Assembly (NCBI GenBank): GCA_964194865.1
Contig: CAXMOC010000255.1
Location: 3,090 to 67,089 of the forward strand
Length of the DNA stretch: 64,000 nucleotides
Source of the DNA: an uncultured Opitutales bacterium
GTDB taxonomy: Bacteria > Myxococcota_A > UBA9160 > SMWR01
Reading direction: 5' to 3'
The translations under genes were made by a program, and so were the position numbers. The notes beneath the pieces were generated by a model, which had not been told where the DNA came from, searched no databases, and was given only the letters and a program-made list of their open reading frames with translations. Position 1 is the first letter of the stretch. The number at the start of each line of letters is the position of its first letter. Positions 27,104 to 35,805 of the stretch are shown one piece after another.

Positions 27104-28998
27104 GACAGCAGCAATTCCTCGAAATTCTGGAGCGCGATGAGGCGGAGCGTCGCTGGCGCTCGGTGCTCGAGCTGACCTCGCTGCCGGCTGAGACCGTGGC
27201 GCTCGAGGACGCGTTGGGTCGGGTGCTGGCCGAAGACGTCCGGGCCGACGTGGACGTTCCCGGCTTCGATCGATCCAACATGGACGGCTTTGCGGTGCGT
27301 GCCGAGGACTGCTTCGGCGCCACCGAGGCGGAGCCCGTGATGCTGGACGCCAACTCGGAAACGATCCCAACGGGTATTGCTCCCACCGAGGAGGTGAAGT
27401 CCGGAACCGCGACGTCGATTGCCACGGGCGGCATGCTGCCGCGGGGCGCCGATGCGGTGCTGCCGGTGGAATTCACCGACATGGAGGGGGATCGGATCGA
27501 GGCTCGGCGCGAACGCGTACCCGGTGCTGCGGTCTCTTTTGCGGGCACCGACATCGGTCGGGGTGAGACTGTGCTCTTCCGTGGTGCCCTGCTGACTTCC
27601 CGGGAGACCGGGGTGCTTGCGGCGATCGGACATTCTGAAGTGTCGGTGGTTCGCCGTCCTCGCGTCGCAATCCTCTCCACGGGCGACGAGATCGTGCAGC
27701 CCGGAGAGCCGATGCGCCCCGGTCTCGTCTACGACAGCAACGGCCGGATTCTGGCCGACGCCGTGCGCGAGCTGGGCGGGGAGCCGAACTTCCTCGGCGC
27801 CTTTCGCGACGAAGAGACGCGGCTGCGCGAAGCTCTAGGCCGGGCTCTTCGGACTGCGGATCTGGTGCTGCTGTCCGGAGGCACCTCGAAAGGGGAAGGT
27901 GACCTCAACGCGAGGGTCGTCGCGGATCTGGATCCCGGGATCGTCGTACACGGAGTTGCGCTCAAGCCGGGCAAGCCGATCTGCCTGGCCGCCTCCGGGA
28001 GGCTTCCGGTGGTGGTCCTGCCCGGCTTTCCGACTTCCGCGGTTTTCACCTTCCACGAGTTTGTCGCTCCCGTGATTCGCGAGCTTGCCGGGAGGGCCCC
28101 CGGCCGACGGGAGCAAAGTCAAGCGCGCCTGGCGACCAAGACGACTTCCGAGCGCGGCCGCCTCGAATACCTGTTGGTCGGTCTGGTACGGCGCCCCGAT
28201 GGGCAGTTGGCCGCCTATCCGATGGGCAAGGGCAGCGGCAGCGTTACTGCCTTCAGCAGGGCGGACGGGTTCGTACGCATTCCGCGCAATACCGAAATCG
28301 TCGACGCCGACACCGAGGTCGAGGTCACCCTGTTGTCTCGAGAGCTTCCGCTCGCCGACTTCGTGGCCATCGGGAGCCACTGCATCGGCCTCGACTGCCT
28401 GGCGGGAGCGCTCGCCCGCAGGGGTTTCACGGTGAAACTGATGGCAGTCGGGAGCCAAGGCGGGCTTGCGGCAGCGCGGCGGGGCGAGTGTGACGTCGCT
28501 CCGATCCACTTGCTCGACCCCGTGAGTGGCGAGTACAACCGCCCGTTCCTCGATTCCTCATTGAAGCTGCTGCCGGGCTACGCCCGCCAGCAGGGTGTCG
28601 TGACCCGCGCCGATGACGACCGCGATACCGACGCGCTGCTCGCGGACCCGATGCTGCGAATGGTCAACCGCAATCGGGGCAGCGGCACACGAATCCTGAT
28701 CGACCAACTTCTGGGGAAGCGCCGTCCAGCAGGCTATCCCTACGAACCGCGTTCACACTACGCTGTAGCGGCTGCGGTCGCCCAGGGACGCGCCGATTGG
28801 GGTGTTACGATCGAGACCATCGCTCGCCAGGCTGGGCTTCGCTTCCGGCCACTCCAGGCGGAACACTATGACTTTGCCATCCCCGTCAATCGCTGGGACC
28901 GCCCCGCCGTGGTGGCGCTGCGCGAGCTGTTGGCGTCGGGCGGAGAGTTGCGCGAGCAGCTCGAAACCCTAGGGTTCGGGCCGACGGAGTCGACCTGA
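27100..28998 (+). CDS. moeA: MoeA fused to a C-terminal periplasmic-binding-protein-like (type-2 PBP) domain
   Basis: N-terminal ~400 aa repeat the MoeA motifs: PGFDRSNMDGFAVR, SIATGGMLP, STGDEIV, LLSGGTSKGEGD, VLPGFPTS. The C-terminal ~220 aa (FVAIGSHCIGLD...NRNRGSGTRILID...ADWGVTIE) look like a PBP2 substrate-binding fold. TTG start. Confidence 0.8.
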   Translation: MRQQQFLEILERDEAERRWRSVLELTSLPAETVALEDALGRVLAEDVRADVDVPGFDRSNMDGFAVRAEDCFGATEAEPVMLDANSETIPTGIAPTEEVKSGTATSIATGGMLPRGADAVLPVEFTDMEGDRIEARRERVPGAAVSFAGTDIGRGETVLFRGALLTSRETGVLAAIGHSEVSVVRRPRVAILSTGDEIVQPGEPMRPGLVYDSNGRILADAVRELGGEPNFLGAFRDEETRLREALGRALRTADLVLLSGGTSKGEGDLNARVVADLDPGIVVHGVALKPGKPICLAASGRLPVVVLPGFPTSAVFTFHEFVAPVIRELAGRAPGRREQSQARLATKTTSERGRLEYLLVGLVRRPDGQLAAYPMGKGSGSVTAFSRADGFVRIPRNTEIVDADTEVEVTLLSRELPLADFVAIGSHCIGLDCLAGALARRGFTVKLMAVGSQGGLAAARRGECDVAPIHLLDPVSGEYNRPFLDSSLKLLPGYARQQGVVTRADDDRDTDALLADPMLRMVNRNRGSGTRILIDQLLGKRRPAGYPYEPRSHYAVAAAVAQGRADWGVTIETIARQAGLRFRPLQAEHYDFAIPVNRWDRPAVVALRELLASGGELREQLETLGFGPTEST

Positions 28999-30327
28999 GT
29001 GGCCACCCAGCTGCGCCGGGGCTCCCGCGTCGGAAAGTATCGGATCGATCGCAGGATCGGGCGAGGCGCCTTCGCCGAAGTCTGGAAGGCGCGCGACACG
29101 GTCGAGAACCGCCCGATCGCACTCAAGCTGACCCGGCCCGATGCGGTGGCAGAGTGGGGCCGCCATGCGATCGAACACGAGGCGCGCATCGCGAGCCGGC
29201 TCGATCACCCGGGTTTGGTTGCCATTCGCAATGCTGACTGGATCGACGGCTGCTTCGCCATCGTGACAGACCTCGCGCTCTGCAATCTCGCCAACTACAC
29301 AAGAGCGCGCCGCTCTGCGGCTACCGCCCTCGAGGTCATTCGCGAGGTGGCGTCCGGGCTGGCCTACGCCCACGAGAGGCGCATCTTTCATCGAGACGTC
29401 AAGCCCGAGAACATCCTGATCTTCGAAGATGGCCGCGCCGCGCTCGCTGACTTCGGCGCGTCGCGCTTTGCCAAGGGTGCGGAGCGCACCGTAACGGACG
29501 CGGGTACGCTCGGTTACATGGCGCCGGAGCAAGCCTACGGGCGCGGGCGCTTTACCTCGGACGTCTTCTCGCTCGGACTGATCGGTTACGAGCTGCTCAC
29601 CGGAGTGCTGCCGTCTTGGCCCTTCGAGTGGCCGCCGCCCGGCCACGATCGCTTTGCTGCCAAGGTGCCCGAATCTCTGCGTCCGGTGCTGCGCAAGGCC
29701 GCCCAGTTCGATCCGCGTCGGCGCTATGTCGATGGCGGCGAGTTCTATCACGCGCTGGAGCGCGCGTTCACCCAGGCCGAGCGCCCGAAGGCGAGCCCTC
29801 CGATTCGCCGCAAGCGACGAGCACCGCCTTCGCCGCTCGCCGTCCAGGCCAACGCCTTTCGCCGCGCCCACGGCAAGGGTCTCGGCATGCGCTTCTCTTG
29901 CCGCCGCTGCGAGAGCCCAATTGCCGAGGCGATGCAGTTCTGCCCCTGGTGCGGAGCATCCGACAACTCCTATCGCGACCTGACGAGCTTTCCGCTGGTG
30001 TGCCCGGACTGCGAGAAGGGGGTGCGCGCCGAGTGGAACGCCTGTCCGTGGTGTTACCCAGGCCGCTTCGTCGGAAACGGCCGCAAGCCGCTGCGCGATG
30101 CCAAGGCGGTGCGCCGTTGTGCGGGCCGGAGCTGTGAGGGACAGCTCCGCCCCTTCATGCGTTACTGTCCGCTCTGCAAGCGCAAGACCAAGCGCGTGTG
30201 GTCGCATCGCAATCTGCCCGATCGCTGTCCGCGCTGCCGCTGGCCGACTTCCCACGCCTTCATGCGCTTCTGCCCCTGGTGCGGTCGCCGCGAATCCCGC
30301 GCGGGCTCGTTTTTATCGGCGCGCTGA
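28999..30327 (+). CDS. Hanks-type Ser/Thr protein kinase with four C-terminal zinc-ribbon repeats
   Basis: IGRGAFAEVWKA, IALK, HRDVKPENIL, LADFGAS, GYMAPE. Then four C-x2-C...C-x2-C units: CRRCES..FCPWCG, CPDCEK..ACPWCY, CAGRSCEG..YCPLCK, CPRCRW..FCPWCG. The GTG at 28999 directly abuts the moeA stop (TGAGTG). Confidence 0.85.
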   Translation: MATQLRRGSRVGKYRIDRRIGRGAFAEVWKARDTVENRPIALKLTRPDAVAEWGRHAIEHEARIASRLDHPGLVAIRNADWIDGCFAIVTDLALCNLANYTRARRSAATALEVIREVASGLAYAHERRIFHRDVKPENILIFEDGRAALADFGASRFAKGAERTVTDAGTLGYMAPEQAYGRGRFTSDVFSLGLIGYELLTGVLPSWPFEWPPPGHDRFAAKVPESLRPVLRKAAQFDPRRRYVDGGEFYHALERAFTQAERPKASPPIRRKRRAPPSPLAVQANAFRRAHGKGLGMRFSCRRCESPIAEAMQFCPWCGASDNSYRDLTSFPLVCPDCEKGVRAEWNACPWCYPGRFVGNGRKPLRDAKAVRRCAGRSCEGQLRPFMRYCPLCKRKTKRVWSHRNLPDRCPRCRWPTSHAFMRFCPWCGRRESRAGSFLSAR

Positions 30328-30643
30328 ACCACCTCACCGATCGAACGAGCGGGCCGCCTGGGCCCAGCCAGCTCGGCGCTCGCTCGCCCCGAGTGGTCTG
30401 CCCAGGCGTTTCGCGAACCCCGTGCGGGCTCGTTTTTGTCGGCCCGCTGAACCACCTCGTCGGTGCCCCTGGGCCCCGGCCAGCTCGATGCTCGATTAAC
30501 CCGAGTGGTCTGCCCAGGCGTTTCGCGAACCCCGCGCGGGCTCGTTTTTGTCGGCCCGCTGAACCACCTCGTCGGTGAAACGAGCGGGGCCCCTGGGCCC
30601 CGGCCAGCTCGATGCTCGATTAACCCGAGTGGTCTGCCCGGGC
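30289..30643. repeat. tandem array of three ~112-123 bp structured repeat units (30289-30411, 30412-30523, 30524-30643)
   Basis: Each unit reads cgcgaa(t/c)cccg.gcgggctcgttttt(a/g)tcgg.ccgctgaaccacctc...cctgggccc.gccagctcg...ccgagtggtctgccc. Units 2 and 3 are near-identical apart from a 12-nt indel (aaacgagcgggg), and unit 1 is more diverged. Internal inverted repeats are GCGGGC...GCCCGC and GGGGCCC-CT-GGGCCCC. The array overlaps the stop codons of both flanking convergent genes. Confidence 0.85.
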
Positions 30644-31711
30644 TAGTAGCCGGAGTGCCTGCGCCTTGATGATCGCGTAGACCTCGACTCCGGGCCGCAG
30701 CTCTAGGGCGTCGACGGCTGCTGGAGTGACCTTGGCCACGAGGGGTTCGCCGGCGTCCAGGTGGATGCGCGCGTTGTCACCGCTGACTTCGCAGGTCGAC
30801 ACGGTCGCACGGATTGCATTGCGGGCGGAGATACGGCCGGGAGGATCACGGCTGAGCAGCACATCTTCGGCGCGCAATCCCAGCCGAACCGATTCGCCGG
30901 CCGGCAGTGTCACAGGGATGACCAGGCGCAAGCCGGCTCGAGTTTCGACGGTGGAGCCCGCGCCGCTGTTCTCCACCACCCGGCCGTCGATCGCATTCTC
31001 CAGGCCCAGTGCTTCCGACACCGGCAGCACCGCCCGGCTCCACAAGACCTCGCGCGGAGGGCCGCACGCGACGACGCGGCCGCGGTCGAGCACTGCGACG
31101 ATGTCACCAACCAGCATCGCTTCGTCGGGGTCGTGGGTGATGTAGACGATGGGGATGTCGAGCTCGTCGCGCACGCGGAGCAGATAGGGCAGGACCCGGG
31201 CGCGCAGCGGCCAATCCAGGGCTGCCAGCGGCTCGTCCAGCAGGAGGGTGCGGGGGCCGGCGGCGAGTGCGCGGGCGATCGCCACGCGCTGGCGCTCGCC
31301 CCCGGAAAGCTCGCCCACTCCGCGCCCGAGCAGGTCGCCGATTTCCAGCGCTTCGATCGCTCGCTCGACGGAGGGCGCCGTGCGGCCGTGGGCGCGTCGC
31401 CGCCCGAAGCGGAGATTGCCCGCTACGGACAGGTGAGGGAATAGCGTCGGGTCCTGGGGAACCCAGCCGAGCGCGCGATCCTCGACGGCGAGACGCAGGC
31501 CCCGCTCGGCATCGTCGAGCCAGACGCCGCCCAGCTGGATTCTCCCGCGCGCCTCGGGGATCAATCCCAGGGCGGCGTGGAAGAGGGTCGATTTGCCCGA
31601 GCCGCTGGGGCCGAAGATCACCGCAACTCGCTCGTGCCAGCCGAAATCGACGTCGAGCCGGAAGCCCGCTCGCTCGAGCTTGAGCTGGATTCGTGACTCG
31701 GTGCCGCTCAC
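30620..31711 (-). CDS. modC: molybdate ABC transporter ATP-binding protein with C-terminal TOBE/Mop domain
   Basis: The GTG at 31711 overlaps the modB stop (GTGA). Walker A GPSGSGKST, signature LSGGERQRVAIARAL, Walker B LLLDEPLAALD. The TOBE-like tail is ISARNAIRATVSTCEVSGDNARIHLDAG. The rest of the 635-aa track ORF is an out-of-frame shadow over modB. Confidence 0.85.
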   Translation of the reverse strand: MSGTESRIQLKLERAGFRLDVDFGWHERVAVIFGPSGSGKSTLFHAALGLIPEARGRIQLGGVWLDDAERGLRLAVEDRALGWVPQDPTLFPHLSVAGNLRFGRRRAHGRTAPSVERAIEALEIGDLLGRGVGELSGGERQRVAIARALAAGPRTLLLDEPLAALDWPLRARVLPYLLRVRDELDIPIVYITHDPDEAMLVGDIVAVLDRGRVVACGPPREVLWSRAVLPVSEALGLENAIDGRVVENSGAGSTVETRAGLRLVIPVTLPAGESVRLGLRAEDVLLSRDPPGRISARNAIRATVSTCEVSGDNARIHLDAGEPLVAKVTPAAVDALELRPGVEVYAIIKAQALRLLARADHSG

Positions 31712-32376
31712 CGGTGACCCCGTCGCAACCAGCCTTCGCCAATCAGCATTGCCGCGAGCGCGATCGTGAAGGAAGCGGTGCACAGCGCGAGGGCTCCGGC
31801 GTCGTCTCCGAGCAGGACGCGCGAGTAGATTCCCAGCGCCAGGGTCTCGGTCCGGCCTGGAATGATCCCCGCCACCAGGGTGGTGGCGCCGAACTCGCCG
31901 AGGGCGCGCGTGAAGCTCAGCAGAGCACCGTAGAGCACCCCACGCCGGGCCAATGGCAACGTGACACGAAAAAATGTTGACAAAGGACTCAGCCCAAGAG
32001 AGCGGGCTACTTGCTCGAAGCGGGGGTCGACTTCCGCGAACGATTGCTCGCACGCCCGTACCAGCAGCGGGAAGCCCACTGTGCCCGCTGCGAGCACCGC
32101 CGCCCACCAGCTGAAGACGATCTCGACCTCGAGCGCGGACCACAGCGCGCCGAGCGGCCCGCGGGGCCCCAGCAACAGCAACAGGAACAGGCCAACGGCG
32201 ACGGGCGGCAGCACCATGGGTAGCGCGATCAGCGCCTGAAGCAGTGATTTTCCGGCGAACTCTCGTCGGGCGAGGGTGTGTCCGAGGAAAACGGCAGGTG
32301 GCAGAATTGTAAGCGTCGCCACCACCCCCACGCGCAAGGTGAGCGCGGTGATCGAGAGCAGCTCCTCGGCGCTCAT
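31708..32376 (-). CDS. modB: molybdate ABC transporter permease
   Basis: 222 aa, five to six hydrophobic helices, EAA-loop region FEQVARSLGLSPLSTFFRVTLPLARRG. ATGA overlap with the modA stop. Confidence 0.85.
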   Translation of the reverse strand: MSAEELLSITALTLRVGVVATLTILPPAVFLGHTLARREFAGKSLLQALIALPMVLPPVAVGLFLLLLLGPRGPLGALWSALEVEIVFSWWAAVLAAGTVGFPLLVRACEQSFAEVDPRFEQVARSLGLSPLSTFFRVTLPLARRGVLYGALLSFTRALGEFGATTLVAGIIPGRTETLALGIYSRVLLGDDAGALALCTASFTIALAAMLIGEGWLRRGHR

Positions 32377-33194
32377 TCGACTTTTCCTCTGTCGCGGGCG
32401 TTAGAATTGGGAGCGCTAGCGAAGCCCGCCGCACCCAGAACCCGCTGGGCGGAGTCGCCCGCCAGAAACTGCACGAAGCGCCGAGCGAGCGGCAGGCTTC
32501 GCGACTCAGCGAGTGGCGCCGCGACATAGAAGATGTGCGGTTGCTCGCCCAACGGCACTTCGAACGCCACCCGCGCCGAGCGCGCGAGCGCGGCGTCGGT
32601 CGCGTAGACGATCGCGACGTCCGCGTGGCCGAGATCGACGGCGCTCAGCGTGGCACGGGCGTGCTCGGTCTGGAGCATCCGGGGGGCGAGGCGCTCGAGC
32701 AGCTGGTGGGTGCCCAGCCATTCCCGGGCATAGCGGCCCACTGGAACCGCGTGCTCGGGGATCGCGATTCTGCGCACGGCGGGGCCGGCGAGATCTGCGG
32801 CATTTGCAATTGCGTGCCCTGTCTGCGCTGAAGCGATCACCACGAGCCGGTTGCGAGCGATGGGCCGTGGGTCTCCAGGCGCAACCAGCCCCGCGGTGAC
32901 CAGCGGCGCGACGAGGCGAGCATCGGCCGAGACGAAGACGTCGATGGGCGCACCAGCGCGTATCTGATGGGCCAGCACGCTGCTCGCGCCGAAGCTCAGC
33001 GTGATTACCGCGTCTGGATGCGCCGCCTCGAAGTGCTCAGCGATGGACAGCAGGGGCTCGCGAAGGCTCACCGCGGCCCCCACCAGTAGCTCCGCTTCCA
33101 ACCCACCCGCGACCAGCAGAAGCAGCGCTGCGGCCAGCCAGGCCCCAAGGGAACGGGCCCTGGAGGTGCCACTCGAATCGCGCTGGCTCGCCAT
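32373..33194 (-). CDS. modA: molybdate(/tungstate)-binding periplasmic protein
   Basis: ATG at 33194 with SD GGGAGGA. Signal LGAWLAAALLLLVAGG. ModA-type motifs LSFGASSVLAHQI, DVFVSAD, DVAIVYATDA. The upstream part of the 431-aa track ORF is discounted. Confidence 0.8.
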   Translation of the reverse strand: MASQRDSSGTSRARSLGAWLAAALLLLVAGGLEAELLVGAAVSLREPLLSIAEHFEAAHPDAVITLSFGASSVLAHQIRAGAPIDVFVSADARLVAPLVTAGLVAPGDPRPIARNRLVVIASAQTGHAIANAADLAGPAVRRIAIPEHAVPVGRYAREWLGTHQLLERLAPRMLQTEHARATLSAVDLGHADVAIVYATDAALARSARVAFEVPLGEQPHIFYVAAPLAESRSLPLARRFVQFLAGDSAQRVLGAAGFASAPNSNARDRGKVE

Positions 33195-33308
33195 CGGATC
33201 CTCCCAGCGTCGCGATGAATACCGAACTTCAGCTCGTTTTCCCTTCGAGGGGTTGTCGGCCGACGGTGGCGTGGCAGGATAGGGGGCTGCCAATCCGGGG
33301 GGCAGGGC

Positions 33309-33755
33309 GTGCGGAAACCCATCATCCTCACTGCACTCGCGGTGATGCTTCTCGTCGCCGCCTCGCTCTGGCTCGAGGAAGGCGAGGTCGTCACCCTCGT
33401 TACCACCGACGACCAGGGCCAGGAATTCGAGACCGGGCTTTGGATCGTCGACCTCGACGGCGTGCCCTATCTGCGGGCGGAGTCCGCTGACGCCAGCTGG
33501 CTCGATCGGATCCGCGCTCGGTCCGACGTTCAGCTCGATCGCGCGGGCCGACGCTTTGCCTATCGCGCGATCCCCCTCGACGATGCGAAGATTCGCGAAG
33601 CCGTGAATCAAGCGATGGACGAGAAGTACGGCGGCCTGGATCGCGTGTTGGTCTGGCTCTGGGATCACTCGGGCGCGGTGCCGATCCGTCTCGACCGACT
33701 ACCCACAGCGAATTCGATGCCGCACAGTGACCTCAGGGTCGGAGCGGTTCGATAG
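33309..33755 (+). CDS. hypothetical membrane-anchored protein (possibly split-barrel/DUF385-like)
   Basis: N-terminal TM/signal MRKPIILTALAVMLLVAASLW. The remainder has coding-like composition (VVTLVTTDDQGQEFETGLWIVDLDGVPYLRAE...). The family assignment is only a loose resemblance. Confidence 0.45.
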   Translation: MRKPIILTALAVMLLVAASLWLEEGEVVTLVTTDDQGQEFETGLWIVDLDGVPYLRAESADASWLDRIRARSDVQLDRAGRRFAYRAIPLDDAKIREAVNQAMDEKYGGLDRVLVWLWDHSGAVPIRLDRLPTANSMPHSDLRVGAVR

Positions 33756-33862
33756 CTCGGCGCCGCGACAACGCCAGGCGCCGCGATTCGCGCGATGCTG
33801 CCGTCCGGGAGCGGGAGCTTGTCGAACTCACGATTCACGAGCTCGCCGCGGGGGGAGACGGT

Positions 33863-35011
33863 GTGGGCCGTGGGCCCGATGGTCGAGTGGTGTTCGTCCC
33901 TTTTACCGCACCGGGGGATCGGGTGCGCGTTCGGATTACCGTCAAGCGGTCGCGTTACTCACGAGGGGTGGTCGACACCCTGCTCGAGCCGGGAATCCAG
34001 CGCACCGAGCCGGTCTGTGCGGTCTTCGGCTCCTGCGGTGGTTGTGCGTGGCAACACGTTCGCTACGACGCGCAGCTCGCCGCGAAGCGTGCGATCGCCA
34101 CAGCGGCCATCGAGCGCATCGGTGGGCTCGCGCTGCCGCATCCGCTGAAAATCACCGCTTCTCCATCGCCGTACGGCTATCGCAGCCGAAGCCGCGTGCT
34201 GGTGGACGGGGGCAAGGTTGGCTACCGGCGACGGCGTTCCAATACCCTGTGCCCCACCCGGCGCTGTCCCGTGCTGGTCAGCGAGCTGGACCAACGCCTA
34301 TCGGAACTCGCCGATGATCCGCCGCGAGTCGAGGGGGAATGGGAGCTTGCCTCCGGGCAGACGGACCCCACGTCGCCGAGCTTGGCGCGTGTTTCCGGGG
34401 ACGGCGATCTCGGCCCGCGCATCTGGCTCTCCGTTGGCGGGGACCGCATCGGCTTCTCGCCCGGCGTCTTTGTCCAGTCGAATGCCGGGCTGATCGACGT
34501 CATGGCGGGTGCCGTGATGGCAGCGGCCGGCACGGGCGACTTGGCACTGGAACTCTTTGCGGGCGCCGGCTTTCTCACGCTCGGGCTCTCGCGGCGCTTT
34601 GAGGCGGTCGTGGCCGTCGAGGGAAACCCGAAGGCCGCGTCCGATCTGGAGCTCAACCTGCACGAGGCGCGAATCGACAACGCCCGGGTGGTGTCGGGTA
34701 CGGTCGAGACTTCGCTCGCAGGCGATCCGCTCGCTGACCTCCGCCCCGACGTGGTGGTAATCGATCCTCCGCGGACAGGGCTCCCCGACGCTGTGGGCGA
34801 TGCGATTGCGGACCGGCAGCCCCAGAGAATCGTCTACCTCTCGTGCGATCCCGCGACTCTCGCGCGCGATCTGTCGCTGTTCGACCACCGCGGCTATTCA
34901 CTGACGCACGCCGAAGCTTTCGACCTCTTCCCCCAGACCCCTCACGTGGAGGTCTTGACGGTCTGCACGCGACAAGTTGGAGTGGAATTGCCAGCGAGTT
35001 CGTCTTCGTGA
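33863..35011 (+). CDS. TRAM-domain, SAM-dependent RNA (uracil-5)-methyltransferase (RlmD/RumA-like)
   Basis: TRAM remnant GRVVFVPFTAPGDRVRVRI. Fe-S cysteines CAVFGSCGGCAWQH plus a downstream C. Methyltransferase motifs ELFAGAGFLTL and VVVIDPPRTG. Catalytic region VYLSCDPATLARD. The start may lie upstream at a non-canonical codon. Confidence 0.8.
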   Translation: MGRGPDGRVVFVPFTAPGDRVRVRITVKRSRYSRGVVDTLLEPGIQRTEPVCAVFGSCGGCAWQHVRYDAQLAAKRAIATAAIERIGGLALPHPLKITASPSPYGYRSRSRVLVDGGKVGYRRRRSNTLCPTRRCPVLVSELDQRLSELADDPPRVEGEWELASGQTDPTSPSLARVSGDGDLGPRIWLSVGGDRIGFSPGVFVQSNAGLIDVMAGAVMAAAGTGDLALELFAGAGFLTLGLSRRFEAVVAVEGNPKAASDLELNLHEARIDNARVVSGTVETSLAGDPLADLRPDVVVIDPPRTGLPDAVGDAIADRQPQRIVYLSCDPATLARDLSLFDHRGYSLTHAEAFDLFPQTPHVEVLTVCTRQVGVELPASSSS

Positions 35012-35042
35012 CGAATCCAGCCTCAGAGGCGGCGCGAGAAGT

Positions 35043-35684
35043 TCAGGGCTCGATCAAGCCGTGGCGGAGCGCGTAGCGGACGAGTTCTGTCGCCTTGCGA
35101 ACGCCGAGCTTGCGCATCAGGCTGGTTCGGTGGGCTTCCACGGTCTTGGTGCTGATGTGAAGCTGGCCCCCGATCTCCTTGGCGGCGAAACCCTCCGCGA
35201 TCAAGTGCAGCACTTCGCGTTCTCGCCCGGAAAGAATCGAAAACGGCTGCTCGCTGGGTGGCCGCGGATCGCGGATCTGGTCGGCGATTTCGCGCGCCAC
35301 CGTCGGGCTGAAGTAGCTCCCTCCGCGCATGACCGCGCGAATTGCGGAGACGATCTCGTCGGTGTGCGCACTCTTGAGGACGTAACCGTCTGTGCCCAGG
35401 GAAACCGCATTCTGGACGATGGGCGGCTCCGAGTGGATTGAAAAGAGGATCGTCTTCACATTGGGATACTTCGCGCGAATTCGCTCGAGTGCTTCGAGAC
35501 CACTGAGTCGCGGCATGCTGACGTCCAGAATGACGACGTCTGGATGATGTTTCTCGGTCTGCTCGAGAGCCTCGAGTCCGTCCGAGGCCTCCGCGCACAC
35601 CTTGATGTCGTCTTCCGCTTCAGCCAGGTGGCGGATTCCCGCGCGTACGATGCTGTGATCGTCGGCCACGAGCAGGGAAATCAC
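35043..35684 (-). CDS. NarL/FixJ-family response regulator (REC + LuxR-type HTH)
   Basis: LLVADDH...DVVILDVSMP (phospho-acceptor Asp), GYVLKS, LSGREREVLHLIAEGFAAKEIGGQLHISTKTVEAHR. No cognate histidine kinase is adjacent. Confidence 0.9.
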   Translation of the reverse strand: MISLLVADDHSIVRAGIRHLAEAEDDIKVCAEASDGLEALEQTEKHHPDVVILDVSMPRLSGLEALERIRAKYPNVKTILFSIHSEPPIVQNAVSLGTDGYVLKSAHTDEIVSAIRAVMRGGSYFSPTVAREIADQIRDPRPPSEQPFSILSGREREVLHLIAEGFAAKEIGGQLHISTKTVEAHRTSLMRKLGVRKATELVRYALRHGLIEP

Positions 35685-35735
35685 ACAGCTAGACTACACC
35701 TCGGGTTGTGTTGCAGGCAACCAATTCAGCTCGAT

Positions 35736-35751
35736 CGCGCGGCGCCGCGCG
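35736..35751. promoter_or_regulatory. perfect 16-bp palindrome in the divergent control region (candidate operator)
   Basis: CGCGCGGCGCCGCGCG is its own reverse complement. It lies between the response-regulator start (35684) and the operon starting at 35806. GC-only palindromes can arise by chance in this composition. Confidence 0.25.
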
Positions 35752-35805
35752 GACGACCACGGGCGATGTGGGCTACGATCGAGGAGCCAAGGCCTCCCGG
35801 AATGA

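Noticed and set aside
30289-30643. CRISPR array as an explanation for the regular repeats.
   Set aside because: Whole ~115-bp units repeat head-to-tail with no unique spacers. The unit length is far above CRISPR repeat size, and there are no cas genes.
31712-32527. Upstream portion of the 635-aa track ORF 30620-32527. Likewise 33195-33668 of the 431-aa ORF and 56456-57163 of the 719-aa ORF.
   Set aside because: These extensions overlap better-supported genes (modB, the divergent control region, the CPBP protease) in other frames. The real starts are marked by 4-nt overlaps or SD sequences.
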